Source of the DNA: Patescibacteria group bacterium
GTDB taxonomy: Bacteria; Patescibacteriota; Microgenomatia; 0-14-0-10-38-17
Assembly (NCBI GenBank): GCA_050953885.1
Contig: JBMNNJ010000001.1
Location: 399,437-463,436, forward strand
Direction: 5' to 3'
Length of the DNA stretch: 64,000 nt
Below, piece after piece: positions 47,777 to 62,700 of the stretch; position 1 is the first letter of the stretch, and each line of letters begins with the position of its first letter. The position numbers and the translations under genes were made by a program. The notes beneath the pieces are model-generated. The model ran no database searches. It was not told the origin of the DNA and saw nothing but the letters and a program-made list of their open reading frames with translations.

Positions 47777-50700
47777 TAGGACTAATAGGACCAATAATAG
47801 GACCAACTCAGCGGGCTTTTTAGAACCATTGCAAATTCAGGCTTACCTGAAAAGGCTTAAAAAGGAAGGGGCTTCTCCGGCCACTCTTAAACGCAAGGAG
47901 GCGGCCTTAAAAAAATTCCAAAGCTGGCAGGGAAAAGAATACGGACCAAAGTATCCCTTGCCAAAAGGCGCCCCTAAGCCCAAAAAGATAATCTCTAAGA
48001 AGGGAATTTTCCCCAAGGCTTTTCCTCCTTTTTTAAGATATTTTTCTTTCCTAATCGGTTTGGTGCTTTTGGCTAGTTTAGGCTGGGGAGTTTATAGCCA
48101 ATTTTTTGCCCAGCCGAAAGAAACCCCCTCCATGGCCTTCCCTACTAACCCGCCGCTCTTAATTTCTTTTCAGGGTCAGCTTACCGATGATGACGGCACT
48201 CCGATTAATGCCACTATTCCTGCCATTTTCCGCCTTTATAATGTGGACGAGGGTGGTACCGCTCTTTGGGAAGAGCAAAAAAATGTCTCCACCGACCAGG
48301 ACGGCATTTTCAATACTTTCTTGGGTGACACCGCCACGCTGGATCCGGCCATTTTTCGCGACAATATGAATCTTTGGCTGGCAATTGAAATCGACAACGA
48401 CGGGGAAATGGAACCCCGTCAGCAAATTGCCACCGTGGGCTATGCTTTCAATTCCCGCTATCTTCAAGGTTATGAGGCCACCACAGCAGCTACCGCTAAC
48501 ACCATACCGGTTATTAATGCCGATGGCGATTTAATTTTAGCCTCCTCCTCTCCCGCCATTGAAGCCACCTCCGGCACCTTTGGCCTTAAAGGCGAAGCGA
48601 TTACTATTCAATCAACCGGCGGCACGGGCGGCGGGGATATTTTAATTCAGCCCGATGCCGATACCCAAGGACAGGTAATTATCTACTCGGCAACTACCGC
48701 CGACAATTCTTTTACCGTTCAAAATAGCAATATCACCACTGGCTCGCTAATTTATGGCGAGGCCGGTACTAGCGCTAGCGGTTATAACCTGCTAAAACTT
48801 ACCTCCGGAAGCCTTTTAACCGATAAGTTTGTGGTTGACTATGCCGGCAACACCGACATCGCCGGCAACTTAACCGTTGACAGTTCCGGATTTTTTGGCA
48901 ATAGTGTCGGCATCGGCACCACCAGCCCCGGGGCAACCTTGGATGTTAACGGCAACTTACGAATTGGCACCCTGACAACAGGCTCCACCGATACCGTCTT
49001 AACCCACTCCAACAATATTGTCCAGCAAAGAACAATTGATCCCCGGGTTTGGGGGGAAACCTTGGTAGACGGCAGCGGTAGTGCCGGCTATGTGGCCTAC
49101 TGGCAGGATGCCAATACCCTGACGGGGGAGCAATACCTCGCCACCTCAAGAGGTGGCACCGGCGATGACACCTCCTCTACCACTGGTGTCCCCTACATTT
49201 CTTCCGGCAACTGGCAATATGAATCAAGTTTAAATGTGAGCCGGGGCGGCACTGGGTTTTCTTCTTTAGCAGCTGGCTCCCTAATCTACGGTTCCGGCTC
49301 CTCCCCAATGAACGCTTTAGCAATTGGCACTACTAACTATGTTTTAACCTCCAATGGTTCTGCTCCTAACTGGTCACTAATTAGCCAGGCAAATATCAGT
49401 CCTGATTCTCTAGACTTTGACCAATTCCAGGATACCCTAGATCTGGATACTGACTTAGTCTTAAATCAAGCCGCTTACACCTGGACGCAAAACTTTACCG
49501 GAGCAACTACTACCGGCTTAACTTACAACGCTAATGCTTTAACTTCAGGAAAAGGGGTATATGTTTCTTCTACTTCAACTGGTTTAACAGGAAACTTGGC
49601 AGAAATAAGTCTGTCGGGAAACAATGCCGCCAACACCGGTAATGTTTTAAGACTGGCCCAAACTGGCGCCTTATCAGCGGCAATTCCTTTAATGGTGACC
49701 AATCTTGGCGCCGGCGCTTCCTTCAGGGTTAACGATGAAACGGGCGACAATGACAGCACCCCCTTTATTATTGATGCTTCCGGCGCTGTGGGGGTGGGAA
49801 CAGCCATGCCAAACGCCTCGGCAATTCTTGATTTAACTTCAACCGCCAAGGGCTTTCTTGCTCCAAGAATGACTACCAGCCAAAGAGATGCTATTGTTAA
49901 CCCCGCCGCCGGCCTTTTAATCTATAACACCACCACCAATCAATATAACATGTATAACGGCACGGGCTGGACTCTTATTGGCGGCGGAGATGTTTCTTGG
50001 AGTAGCTTAATTGACCCGACAGAAAATCTCTTGCTAAACCATGGGGCCTACACCACCACCTTTACCTGGGGAGCCTCAACCGGAGCTAATAACCTCTTTA
50101 CCCTTACCGATACGGCCAACAATACCGGCACGGGCTACCTTTTAAACCTTAATACCGCCACGGGGTCAAGTCTTAAACCTTTAAGGGTGGCTTCGGCCGG
50201 AGTTGAGGCTTTGGCCATCGATGCCGCCGGCAATGTGGGGATCGGGACAACGAGCCCGGGAGAAAAGTTGGATGTAGTTGGAGCAATCCGTTCCAGTGGA
50301 GTCGATGTATCATCTTTAAATCCAGGAACAAGCACCACCGGAGGTTTATATTTAGGTGCACATATGGGACACCTTATACTTGACTTAAGAAATAATGATT
50401 CCAATGACTCAATTGCTTTCCGATATTCAGCGGCAAACAACACAGTAGTAGATACTATTGGTCTAGTTATGAAAGGCGGAACTGGCAACGTCGGCATCGG
50501 CACCACCAGCCCCGGGGCAACCTTGGATGTTAACGGCAACTTACGAATTGGCACCCTGACAACAGGCTCCACCGATACCGTCTTAACCCACTCCAACAAT
50601 ATTGTCCAGCAAAGAACAATTGATCCCCGGGTTTGGGGGGAAACCTTGGTAGACGGCAGCGGTAGTGCCGGCTATGTGGCCTACTGGCAGGATGCCAATA

Positions 50701-53700
50701 CCCTGACGGGGGAGCAATACCTCGCCACCTCAAGAGGTGGCACCGGCGATGACACCTCCTCTACCACTGGTGTCCCCTACATTTCTTCCGGCAACTGGCA
50801 ATATGAATCAAGTTTAAATGTGAGCCGGGGCGGCACTGGGTTTTCTTCTTTAGCAGCTGGCTCCCTAATCTACGGTTCCGGCTCCTCCCCAATGAACGCT
50901 TTAGCAATTGGCACTACTAACTATGTTTTAACCTCCAATGGTTCTGCTCCTAACTGGTCACTAATTAGCCAGGCAAATATCAGTCCTGATTCTCTAGACT
51001 TTGACCAATTCCAGGATACCCTAGATCTGGATACTGACTTAGTCTTAAATCAAGCCGCTTACACCTGGACGCAAAACTTTACCGGAGCAACTACTACCGG
51101 CTTAACTTACAACGCTAATGCTTTAACTTCAGGAAAAGGGGTATATGTTTCTTCTACTTCAACTGGTTTAACAGGAAACTTGGCAGAAATAAGTCTGTCG
51201 GGAAACAATGCCGCCAACACCGGTAATGTTTTAAGACTGGCCCAAACTGGCGCCTTATCAGCGGCAATTCCTTTAATGGTGACCAATCTTGGCGCCGGCG
51301 CTTCCTTCAGGGTTAACGATGAAACGGGCGACAATGACAGCACCCCCTTTATTATTGATGCTTCCGGCGCTGTGGGGGTGGGAACAGCCATGCCAAACGC
51401 CTCGGCAATTCTTGATTTAACTTCAACCGCCAAGGGCTTTCTTGCTCCAAGAATGACTACCAGCCAAAGAGATGCTATTGTTAACCCCGCCGCCGGCCTT
51501 TTAATCTATAACACCACCACCAATCAATATAACATGTATAACGGCACGGGCTGGACTCTTATTGGCGGCGGAGATGTTTCTTGGAGTAGCTTAATTGACC
51601 CGACAGAAAATCTCTTGCTAAACCATGGGGCCTACACCACCACCTTTACCTGGGGAGCCTCAACCGGAGCTAATAACCTCTTTACCCTTACCGATACGGC
51701 CAACAATACCGGCACGGGCTACCTTTTAAACCTTAATACCGCCACGGGGTCAAGTCTTAAACCTTTAAGGGTGGCTTCGGCCGGAGTTGAGGCTTTGGCC
51801 ATCGATGCCGCCGGCAATGTGGGGATCGGGACAACGAGCCCGGGAGAAAAGTTGGATGTAGTTGGAGCAATCCGTTCCAGTGGAGTCGATGTATCATCTT
51901 TAAATCCAGGAACAAGCACCACCGGAGGTTTATATTTAGGTGCACATATGGGACACCTTATACTTGACTTAAGAAATAATGATTCCAATGACTCAATTGC
52001 TTTCCGATATTCAGCGGCAAACAACACAGTAGTAGATACTATTGGTCTAGTTATGAAAGGCGGAACTGGCAACGTCGGCATCGGCACCACCAGCCCCGGG
52101 GCAACCTTGGATGTTAACGGCAACTTACGAATTGGCACCCTGACAACAGGCTCCACCGATACCGTCTTAACCCACTCCAACAATATTGTCCAGCAAAGAA
52201 CAATTGATCCCCGGGTTTGGGGGGAAACCTTGGTAGACGGCAGCGGTAGTGCCGGCTATGTGGCCTACTGGCAGGATGCCAATACCCTGACGGGGGAGCA
52301 ATACCTCGCCACCTCAAGAGGTGGCACCGGCGATGACACCTCCTCTACCACTGGTGTCCCCTACATTTCTTCCGGCAACTGGCAATATGAATCAAGTTTA
52401 AATGTGAGCCGGGGCGGCACTGGGTTTTCTTCTTTAGCAGCTGGCTCCCTAATCTACGGTTCCGGCTCCTCCCCAATGAACGCTTTAGCAATTGGCACTA
52501 CTAACTATGTTTTAACCTCCAATGGTTCTGCTCCTAACTGGTCACTAATTAGCCAGGCAAATATCAGTCCTGATTCTCTAGACTTTGACCAATTCCAGGA
52601 TACCCTAGATCTGGATACTGACTTAGTCTTAAATCAAGCCGCTTACACCTGGACGCAAAACTTTACCGGAGCAACTACTACCGGCTTAACTTACAACGCT
52701 AATGCTTTAACTTCAGGAAAAGGGGTATATGTTTCTTCTACTTCAACTGGTTTAACAGGAAACTTGGCAGAAATAAGTCTGTCGGGAAACAATGCCGCCA
52801 ACACCGGTAATGTTTTAAGACTGGCCCAAACTGGCGCCTTATCAGCGGCAATTCCTTTAATGGTGACCAATCTTGGCGCCGGCGCTTCCTTCAGGGTTAA
52901 CGATGAAACGGGCGACAATGACAGCACCCCCTTTATTATTGATGCTTCCGGCGCTGTGGGGGTGGGAACAGCCATGCCAAACGCCTCGGCAATTCTTGAT
53001 TTAACTTCAACCGCCAAGGGCTTTCTTGCTCCAAGAATGACTACCAGCCAAAGAGATGCTATTGTTAACCCCGCCGCCGGCCTTTTAATCTATAACACCA
53101 CCACCAATCAATATAACATGTATAACGGCACGGGCTGGACTCTTATTGGCGGCGGAGATGTTTCTTGGAGTAGCTTAATTGACCCGACAGAAAATCTCTT
53201 GCTAAACCATGGGGCCTACACCACCACCTTTACCTGGGGAGCCTCAACCGGAGCTAATAACCTCTTTACCCTTACCGATACGGCCAACAATACCGGCACG
53301 GGCTACCTTTTAAACCTTAATACCGCCACGGGGTCAAGTCTTAAACCTTTAAGGGTGGCTTCGGCCGGAGTTGAGGCTTTGGCCATCGATGCCGCCGGCA
53401 ATGTGGGGATCGGGACAACGAGCCCGGGAGAAAAGTTGGATGTAGTTGGAGCAATCCGTTCCAGTGGAGTCGATGTATCATCTTTAAATCCAGGAACAAG
53501 CACCACCGGAGGTTTATATTTAGGTGCACATATGGGACACCTTATACTTGACTTAAGAAATAATGATTCCAATGACTCAATTGCTTTCCGATATTCAGCG
53601 GCAAACAACACAGTAGTAGATACTATTGGTCTAGTTATGAAAGGCGGAACTGGCAACGTCGGCATCGGCACCACCAGCCCCGGGGCAACCTTGGATGTTA

Positions 53701-56700
53701 ACGGCAACTTACGAATTGGCACCCTGACAACAGGCTCCACCGATACCGTCTTAACCCACTCCAACAATATTGTCCAGCAAAGAACAATTGATCCCCGGGT
53801 TTGGGGGGAAACCTTGGTAGACGGCAGCGGTAGTGCCGGCTATGTGGCCTACTGGCAGGATGCCAATACCCTGACGGGGGAGCAATACCTCGCCACCTCA
53901 AGAGGTGGCACCGGCGATGACACCTCCTCTACCACTGGTGTCCCCTACATTTCTTCCGGCAACTGGCAATATGAATCAAGTTTAAATGTGAGCCGGGGCG
54001 GCACTGGGTTTTCTTCTTTAGCAGCTGGCTCCCTAATCTACGGTTCCGGCTCCTCCCCAATGAACGCTTTAGCAATTGGCACTACTAACTATGTTTTAAC
54101 CTCCAATGGTTCTGCTCCTAACTGGTCACTAATTAGCCAGGCAAATATCAGTCCTGATTCTCTAGACTTTGACCAATTCCAGGATACCCTAGATCTGGAT
54201 ACTGACTTAGTCTTAAATCAAGCCGCTTACACCTGGACGCAAAACTTTACCGGAGCAACTACTACCGGCTTAACTTACAACGCTAATGCTTTAACTTCAG
54301 GAAAAGGGGTATATGTTTCTTCTACTTCAACTGGTTTAACAGGAAACTTGGCAGAAATAAGTCTGTCGGGAAACAATGCCGCCAACACCGGTAATGTTTT
54401 AAGACTGGCCCAAACTGGCGCCTTATCAGCGGCAATTCCTTTAATGGTGACCAATCTTGGCGCCGGCGCTTCCTTCAGGGTTAACGATGAAACGGGCGAC
54501 AATGACAGCACCCCCTTTATTATTGATGCTTCCGGCGCTGTGGGGGTGGGAACAGCCATGCCAAACGCCTCGGCAATTCTTGATTTAACTTCAACCGCCA
54601 AGGGCTTTCTTGCTCCAAGAATGACTACCAGCCAAAGAGATGCTATTGTTAACCCCGCCGCCGGCCTTTTAATCTATAACACCACCACCAATCAATATAA
54701 CATGTATAACGGCACGGGCTGGACTCTTATTGGCGGCGGAGATGTTTCTTGGAGTAGCTTAATTGACCCGACAGAAAATCTCTTGCTAAACCATGGGGCC
54801 TACACCACCACCTTTACCTGGGGAGCCTCAACCGGAGCTAATAACCTCTTTACCCTTACCGATACGGCCAACAATACCGGCACGGGCTACCTTTTAAACC
54901 TTAATACCGCCACGGGGTCAAGTCTTAAACCTTTAAGGGTGGCTTCGGCCGGAGTTGAGGCTTTGGCCATCGATGCCGCCGGCAATGTGGGGATCGGGAC
55001 AACGAGCCCGGGAGAAAAGTTGGATGTAGTTGGAGCAATCCGTTCCAGTGGAGTCGATGTATCATCTTTAAATCCAGGAACAAGCACCACCGGAGGTTTA
55101 TATTTAGGTGCACATATGGGACACCTTATACTTGACTTAAGAAATAATGATTCCAATGACTCAATTGCTTTCCGATATTCAGCGGCAAACAACACAGTAG
55201 TAGATACTATTGGTCTAGTTATGAAAGGCGGAACTGGCAACGTCGGCATCGGCACCACCAGCCCCGGGGCAACCTTGGATGTTAACGGCAACTTACGAAT
55301 TGGCACCCTGACAACAGGCTCCACCGATACCGTCTTAACCCACTCCAACAATATTGTCCAGCAAAGAACAATTGATCCCCGGGTTTGGGGGGAAACCTTG
55401 GTAGACGGCAGCGGTAGTGCCGGCTATGTGGCCTACTGGCAGGATGCCAATACCCTGACGGGGGAGCAATACCTCGCCACCTCAAGAGGTGGCACCGGCG
55501 ATGACACCTCCTCTACCACTGGTGTCCCCTACATTTCTTCCGGCAACTGGCAATATGAATCAAGTTTAAATGTGAGCCGGGGCGGCACTGGGTTTTCTTC
55601 TTTAGCAGCTGGCTCCCTAATCTACGGTTCCGGCTCCTCCCCAATGAACGCTTTAGCAATTGGCACTACTAACTATGTTTTAACCTCCAATGGTTCTGCT
55701 CCTAACTGGTCACTAATTAGCCAGGCAAATATCAGTCCTGATTCTCTAGACTTTGACCAATTCCAGGATACCCTAGATCTGGATACTGACTTAGTCTTAA
55801 ATCAAGCCGCTTACACCTGGACGCAAAACTTTACCGGAGCAACTACTACCGGCTTAACTTACAACGCTAATGCTTTAACTTCAGGAAAAGGGGTATATGT
55901 TTCTTCTACTTCAACTGGTTTAACAGGAAACTTGGCAGAAATAAGTCTGTCGGGAAACAATGCCGCCAACACCGGTAATGTTTTAAGACTGGCCCAAACT
56001 GGCGCCTTATCAGCGGCAATTCCTTTAATGGTGACCAATCTTGGCGCCGGCGCTTCCTTCAGGGTTAACGATGAAACGGGCGACAATGACAGCACCCCCT
56101 TTATTATTGATGCTTCCGGCGCTGTGGGGGTGGGAACAGCCATGCCAAACGCCTCGGCAATTCTTGATTTAACTTCAACCGCCAAGGGCTTTCTTGCTCC
56201 AAGAATGACTACCAGCCAAAGAGATGCTATTGTTAACCCCGCCGCCGGCCTTTTAATCTATAACACCACCACCAATCAATATAACATGTATAACGGCACG
56301 GGCTGGACTCTTATTGGCGGCGGAGATGTTTCTTGGAGTAGCTTAATTGACCCGACAGAAAATCTCTTGCTAAACCATGGGGCCTACACCACCACCTTTA
56401 CCTGGGGAGCCTCAACCGGAGCTAATAACCTCTTTACCCTTACCGATACGGCCAACAATACCGGCACGGGCTACCTTTTAAACCTTAATACCGCCACGGG
56501 GTCAAGTCTTAAACCTTTAAGGGTGGCTTCGGCCGGAGTTGAGGCTTTGGCCATCGATGCCGCCGGCAATGTGGGAATTGGGACGACGAGTCCGGGGGCA
56601 AAGCTACATGTAAATGCTGGTGCAGCACAATTGACAATGGAAAGAGATGAAACCCACATTAACACATGGGATTTCAGAATCACTCAGGAGGCGGGCATCT

Positions 56701-59700
56701 CTGCAAACTCCCTATACCTGAGAGCGTCAGAAAATACAGCCGACTTTGGAATAAGGGCAGCTAATTCTGGGAACGTCCAGTTCATTTTGAAGGGCCCAAC
56801 AGGCAACGTCGGCATCGGGACGACGGCGCCGGGGGCGAAGCTTGATGTTAACGGAACGGGTAGGTTTGCCACTTCCGTGTCTTCGCCTCTTTTTCAAGGT
56901 GATACCGGGGCGGTTACCTTTGGCAATGCTTCCTATGCCACCACCATTGCCGGTTCAGGATTAACCATCTCTCCTACTGCCTGGACAGCCACTCCTACCA
57001 TATCAGGGCTTATTACCGCTACTTTAGGATTAACCGCCAATGGAGCCTTAACCGCCAACAGCACCTTCACTTTAGGAGACGGCGCTGATGCCGGTTCGGT
57101 TAATACCTCAAGTTGGGATATCTCCACCACTGGCGTCGCCTCGGGATTTACCGGCCTTACTTCCTCCGGCACGATCACCTTCTCTTCTCTGGCCGCCAAC
57201 CGACTGGTGACCACCACCACAGGAGGAGAACTAACCACCAGCGCCGAGGGGACTGTCGGCCAGCCCTTACTTTCCGGAGGGACATCCTCCCCCAACTGGG
57301 GGACTCTTGGTCTGGTTTATGGCGGTACCAATGCCGATCTTTCCGGGGTGGCCCAAGGAGGGCTAATTTACAAGGAAACTTCCGCCTTAGCCGGCACCGG
57401 GGCCTTAACGGGAATTCTTCAGGGAAATAACGCCAGCGCCCCCACCGCCATCACCGGCACCGCCAATTATCTGCCCAAATGGTCCTCAACCGCCCCTTAC
57501 CTCACCACCGCTTCCCAAATTTTCGACAGCGGCGCTAATGTCGGCATTGGCAATAGCAATCCTCAAGCCCTGCTTCATGTGGGCGCCGGCGGCACGCCCA
57601 ATTATGCTTCAAGCGGCGATGTTTATATCCAAAACGATCTCGAAGTGGACGGCACCATTTACGGCGCGCTGGATATTACCGACGCCACTTTTGACTTTTT
57701 GGAAGTTAAGCGGGCGGCCACTTTCTCCGCCCAAATCGCCTCGGATATTCCCATTACCGTTAAAAACACCGGCGGCAATGAGGTGGCGCGGTTCACCAAC
57801 GAGGGCAAGCTAAGACTTGGTTCTGCCGGCGCGCCCACCGACACTTTAGATATTGATGGCGACGCTGATATTTCCGGCAACTTGGATGTGGGCAATGGCC
57901 TTGATGTTTTAGGCGCCAACTTCACCGTCGGCGGCGCTAACTTTACCGTTAGCCAAGCCGGCACGGTGACCGGCGGCACCTACAACGGCCAAACTATTTC
58001 CTCCACTGCCAGCTTTACCGGCACTCTTAGCGTCGCTTCAACCTTCAACGCTAATAGCAATGTGGGCTTGGGAAACGAAGCCACCGACACCATCAACGCC
58101 GCCGGGCAATTTGTCTCCGGCCTTATCCCCCAAACAAACAGTTATAACCTTGGCTCCCCCACTAACCACTGGGGCGCTTTGTACGTTGATTCCATTTACG
58201 GCGGTCAGGTGGGCGAATTTGACTTTCTTAAGGCCCGGGGCGCCACCCTCTCGGCCGAAATCCCCACCGACAAAACCTTGGTTTTGGAAGGCCTTGCTTC
58301 CGGCCATACCGCCAATTTAATTGAAGCCAACGCCAACGGCGCCACCGCTCTCACCCTCTCCCCGGCCGGCAATTTAACCTTAGGAGGAACGATAACTTTA
58401 CCCAACGGTAACACCTTAACCGGCGTGGCTTCTTATATTCAATTTAACAATGGCATAAGCGTTGGCGGGGGAACCACCTATCGGCTCACCTCCACTGGCG
58501 ACGCATATCTTAATAATCTCTACACCGGCGGAACGCAAAGGCTTTCTTCAACCGGCGCCCTTGCCAACATTACCGACTACAGCCAATCCTCCGGCAATTT
58601 CGCCATTTCGGGAACTGGCACTTTCTCTACCGCCACCGGCAATATCTCCCTAAATGGAGCCACCACCGTAGCCGACGGCAAATCTTTCACCGCCAACGGG
58701 CCGGTGACCTTGGGCGACGGGGGCGATGCGGTGGCCATTAACAGCAACATTTGGGATATTACCTCGGCCGGCGTCGCTTCCGGCTTAACCCAATTAACCG
58801 TTGACAACCTCCAGCTTGACGGCAACACTCTTTCTTCAACCACGGACAACATTACTCTTGACGCCGCCGCTTACTTGGTGATTGCCGACCAAATTGCCTC
58901 AAGCTTAATTCCTTCCGCCACCAACACTTATGATTTGGGCTCCCCGGAGAACTACTGGGACGATGCTTACATCAACACTTTAACCGCTAATTCGCTAAAT
59001 TTTGATTTTATCGCCGCCCGCGGCGCCACTTTTTCGGCCGAAATCCCCACCGACAAAACCTTGGTTCTTAATGCCGCTACCGGCCAAACCGCCAATCTTT
59101 TGGAAATCAATTCCGCCCCCGGCGCCAGCGGCGACTTAATGGTGGTCACCGGCGGCGGCAATGTCGGCATTGGCAACAGCAATCCGGGAACATATAAATT
59201 AGATGTGGCGGGCACGGGAAGATTTAATTCCACCGCTAATCCGGGGTTAACGGTTGGCAACGGCGCTATTGGCTATTTAAAAATTGGCGGCTCAACTATT
59301 TATGATAACAACAGCGACTTAACTTTAGACTCCGATACTGCCTTGGTGATTTTAGCCGATGATTTGCAAATTAACGGCAATGATATTTATGATTCCGGCG
59401 CAAACCAGAGAATCAATTTGGGCGCCACCACCACTTTATACAACACCACCACCATCCTTTCGGGCACCACCGCCTTAACCGCCTCTTCCTTGGCAACCTT
59501 TACCACCGCCTCCTCTTTGGCAATGCCCGCCACCACCTCTTTAACCTTAGGCGGTTCAGCAACCATCTACGGCGGCACGACGGCTTCAGGAACACTAACT
59601 CTTCAGTCAACTTCAAACGCCACCAAAGGCAATATCCTAATTAATCCTTCTGGCGGCAATGTCGGCATCGGGACGACGGGGCCGGGGGCGAAATTATCTA

Positions 59701-62700
59701 TTAATGGCTCGCCAGCGATAGAGTTTGCTTCTTGCGGGACTTCTTACGGAGGTTGTTATATCAAGGAAGGATGGGGCCCTGAATTATATTCCAATACATC
59801 GCAACCTTTTCAAGTTTTAAATACTTCACTTTTGGTTGGATATGACCAAACAGATTCAACCGCCAGAGGAAGCGGTAATTTACTCGTAAGCGGCAATGTC
59901 GGCATCGGGACGACGGGGCCGAACACTGAACTAAGTTTAAATCACGGTTATATAAATTTTGAGCCCTCGCTAACCTCGTGGCTAAAAACTGGAGGAGAAG
60001 GAATACTTATGTGGAACTCTAATGATATTGAGTGGCTCGAATCAACATACGAGAGCGGATACGGCCACAGATTATATTCCATCGATCCTGGGGCAGGTGC
60101 AGTTACACACCTTCGGCTAGCCGCAAGAAATAACTCTGCCTCGTGGACAGATATGGTTACTTTTGTTTCTAACGGCAACGTCGGCATCGGGACGACGGGG
60201 CCACAACATAAATTACATATTTATACGACAACCGCACAAGAGGGAATAATTATTAACGCTGGCACTTATCCAGAAATCAGATTTGAAGAGGCTGGAACAG
60301 TAAGAGGCTATCTTAGCGTTGCTGGAAGCGCAGGAGGATATGGAACAGGCACATTAGCTGATTCTATGATACTTCGCGCTGAAGGTAATATGCATCTTAT
60401 TACGAATGCAGGGACTGTGGTACAAACATTAACCAGTGGCGGCAATGTGGGCATTGGGACAACAACTCCGGGGGCAAGACTGGATGTTAACGGCAATTTA
60501 AAAATCGCCACCCTGACAACCGGCGCCACCAATACGGTTTTAACCCACAGCGGCAATATTGTCCAGCAAAGAACCATTGATTCCCGAGTTTGGGGATCAG
60601 CGTTGGTTGATTATTCCGGCACCTCGGCTAACTACATTCCCAAAATGCTTGACGCCGACACGATTACCAATTCCCTAATTTACGAAGCCGCCAGCAGCCG
60701 CCGCATCGGCATTAGCACCACCAGCCCGGGTTCAAAATTAACCGTTGCCGGCGGCGCTTCCTATTTTGGCGCCCTGCCTGCCCCCACCGGAGTAGTGGCC
60801 ACTCCCACCTCGGGAGGCGGCTTAGTGGCGGGAACTTACTATTATGTGGTCAACGCCTTTGACAGCAACAACCTTTCCTCAAACAAATCAAGCCAGGTTT
60901 CCTGCACGGTTGATGGCTCTACCACCACCGCCTGCCAAATTTCCTGGGTGGCCGTTCCCGGCGCCACCAACTACCGCGTTTACGGCAGAGCCAGCAACGC
61001 CCAAAACCAATACTGGCAAACCACTTCTCTCTACTACACCGACACCGGCGCCGCCGGCGCCAGCGACACGCCGCCGGGACCAATCTCCGCTTTCTTTACC
61101 GGCAATATAAAAGCGGAACGCTTTGCGGATTCGGCTAACGACACCTACTACCTTGATCCGGCCTATGCCACTCTTTCCCTCACCACCGCCGGAGCGGCGG
61201 GCATCGGCTACTCGGCCGGCCAGATGAGCGGTGCCACCGCCAAGCTGGCCGTTGACGGCAATGTGGGAATTGGGACGACGAGTCCGGGGGCAAAGCTACA
61301 TGTAAATGCTGGTGCAGCACAATTGACAATGGAAAGAGATGAAACCCACATTAACACATGGGATTTCAGAATCACTCAGGAGGCGGGCATCTCTGCAAAC
61401 TCCCTATACCTGAGAGCGTCAGAAAATACAGCCGACTTTGGAATAAGGGCAGCTAATTCTGGGAACGTCCAGTTCATTTTGAAGGGCCCAACAGGCAACG
61501 TCGGCATCGGGACAGTTTTCGGCGAAGCAGATACTACAGGAAAATTGAACGTAAGAAAAGATAGCACAGCAGATGGAATGATTAGCGATGTTCTTACGTT
61601 GCGCAATCATTGGCATACCGTTACTAATATAGGAACTGGAATTGCATTGAGATTTAAACAAGGATCAACCAGCGAAACCGGAAAGCTTGTTGATATTGGT
61701 TCAATTGCTGAAAGTGGGTGGAGCAACGCAGTCGGTTTCTTTGTTAAGACTGGTGGTACTGAAAGGTTAAGAATAAGTAACGGCGGCAACGTCGGCATCG
61801 GGACAGCGAGTCCAAGTTACCCACTACACGTATATAAAAATGCAGGTGACTGGACGGCGCGCTTCCAAAACACTTCGGGATCCATAGATATTGGACCAGC
61901 CAATGGTAGTGGAGCCCACATTTATACAGACCTAAGCCAATTTTTCTTTAATCAACCCATTACCCTCACGGGCACCAGCAGTATTTCTTCTTATTCCACG
62001 AATAATCTCTATCTTAAAACAGGTACGCAGGCTAACACAAGGATGACAATTCTTGCTAGTAATGGCAATGTCGGCATCGGGACGACGGGGCCTGTTCAAA
62101 AATTGCATGTTGAAGGCAATTGTGTAACGGGAGATACAAAGTTAGCAATTTTTGAGGATCACAGTTCACAGTTCACAGTTCACAGCAATGCTCCTTCAGA
62201 GCAGATCACAGATCACAGATCACAGTTCACGGAAATACAAATAAAGGATATAAAATCAGGAACAAAAGTATATTCGCTAAATCAAGAAACTGGGAAACTA
62301 GAACCTGCTAGGATCAACAAACTTCTTGACATGGGAACAAAGCCTGTATTTAAATTAACTACAGAGGGTGGAAAAGAGATTCGCACCACTGGCAACCACC
62401 CATATCTTGCCCAACTATCTTATGAACAATACCAGCAAAGAGTTCAACTTCGAGAAACTGGAAGTTTGGAAGAAGAGTATGGCCTTAGTCAAGGCGATCT
62501 ATCAGTTGCTCGAGAGTTTTCCCAAACACGAGAGGTATGGTCTAGTGGATCAACTTCGCCGAGCAGCAACCTCAATTCTTCTGAATATCGCCGAGGGGAA
62601 CGGGAGGTACAGCCACAAGGAATTTATCCAATTTCTCTATCAGGCCAGGGGCAGTCTCTACGAGGTGGTGGCTTGTCTCAAACTAACTCAAGAGCTGGGT

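Noticed and set aside
48900-56600. Possible CRISPR array or satellite, suggested by the strict periodicity
   Set aside because: The period is 1,584 bp. The units are protein-coding and in-frame, with no short direct repeats and unique spacers. This is not a CRISPR architecture.
48946-57295. Many minus-strand ORFs (67, 108, 154 and 62 aa, recurring every 1,584 bp, plus 56471-57295) rich in Ala/Pro/Gly
   Set aside because: They are antisense to the giant + strand gene. Their composition is the mirror image of a Gly/Thr/Ala-rich sense frame, and their exact recurrence only reflects the tandem repeat. They are not genes.
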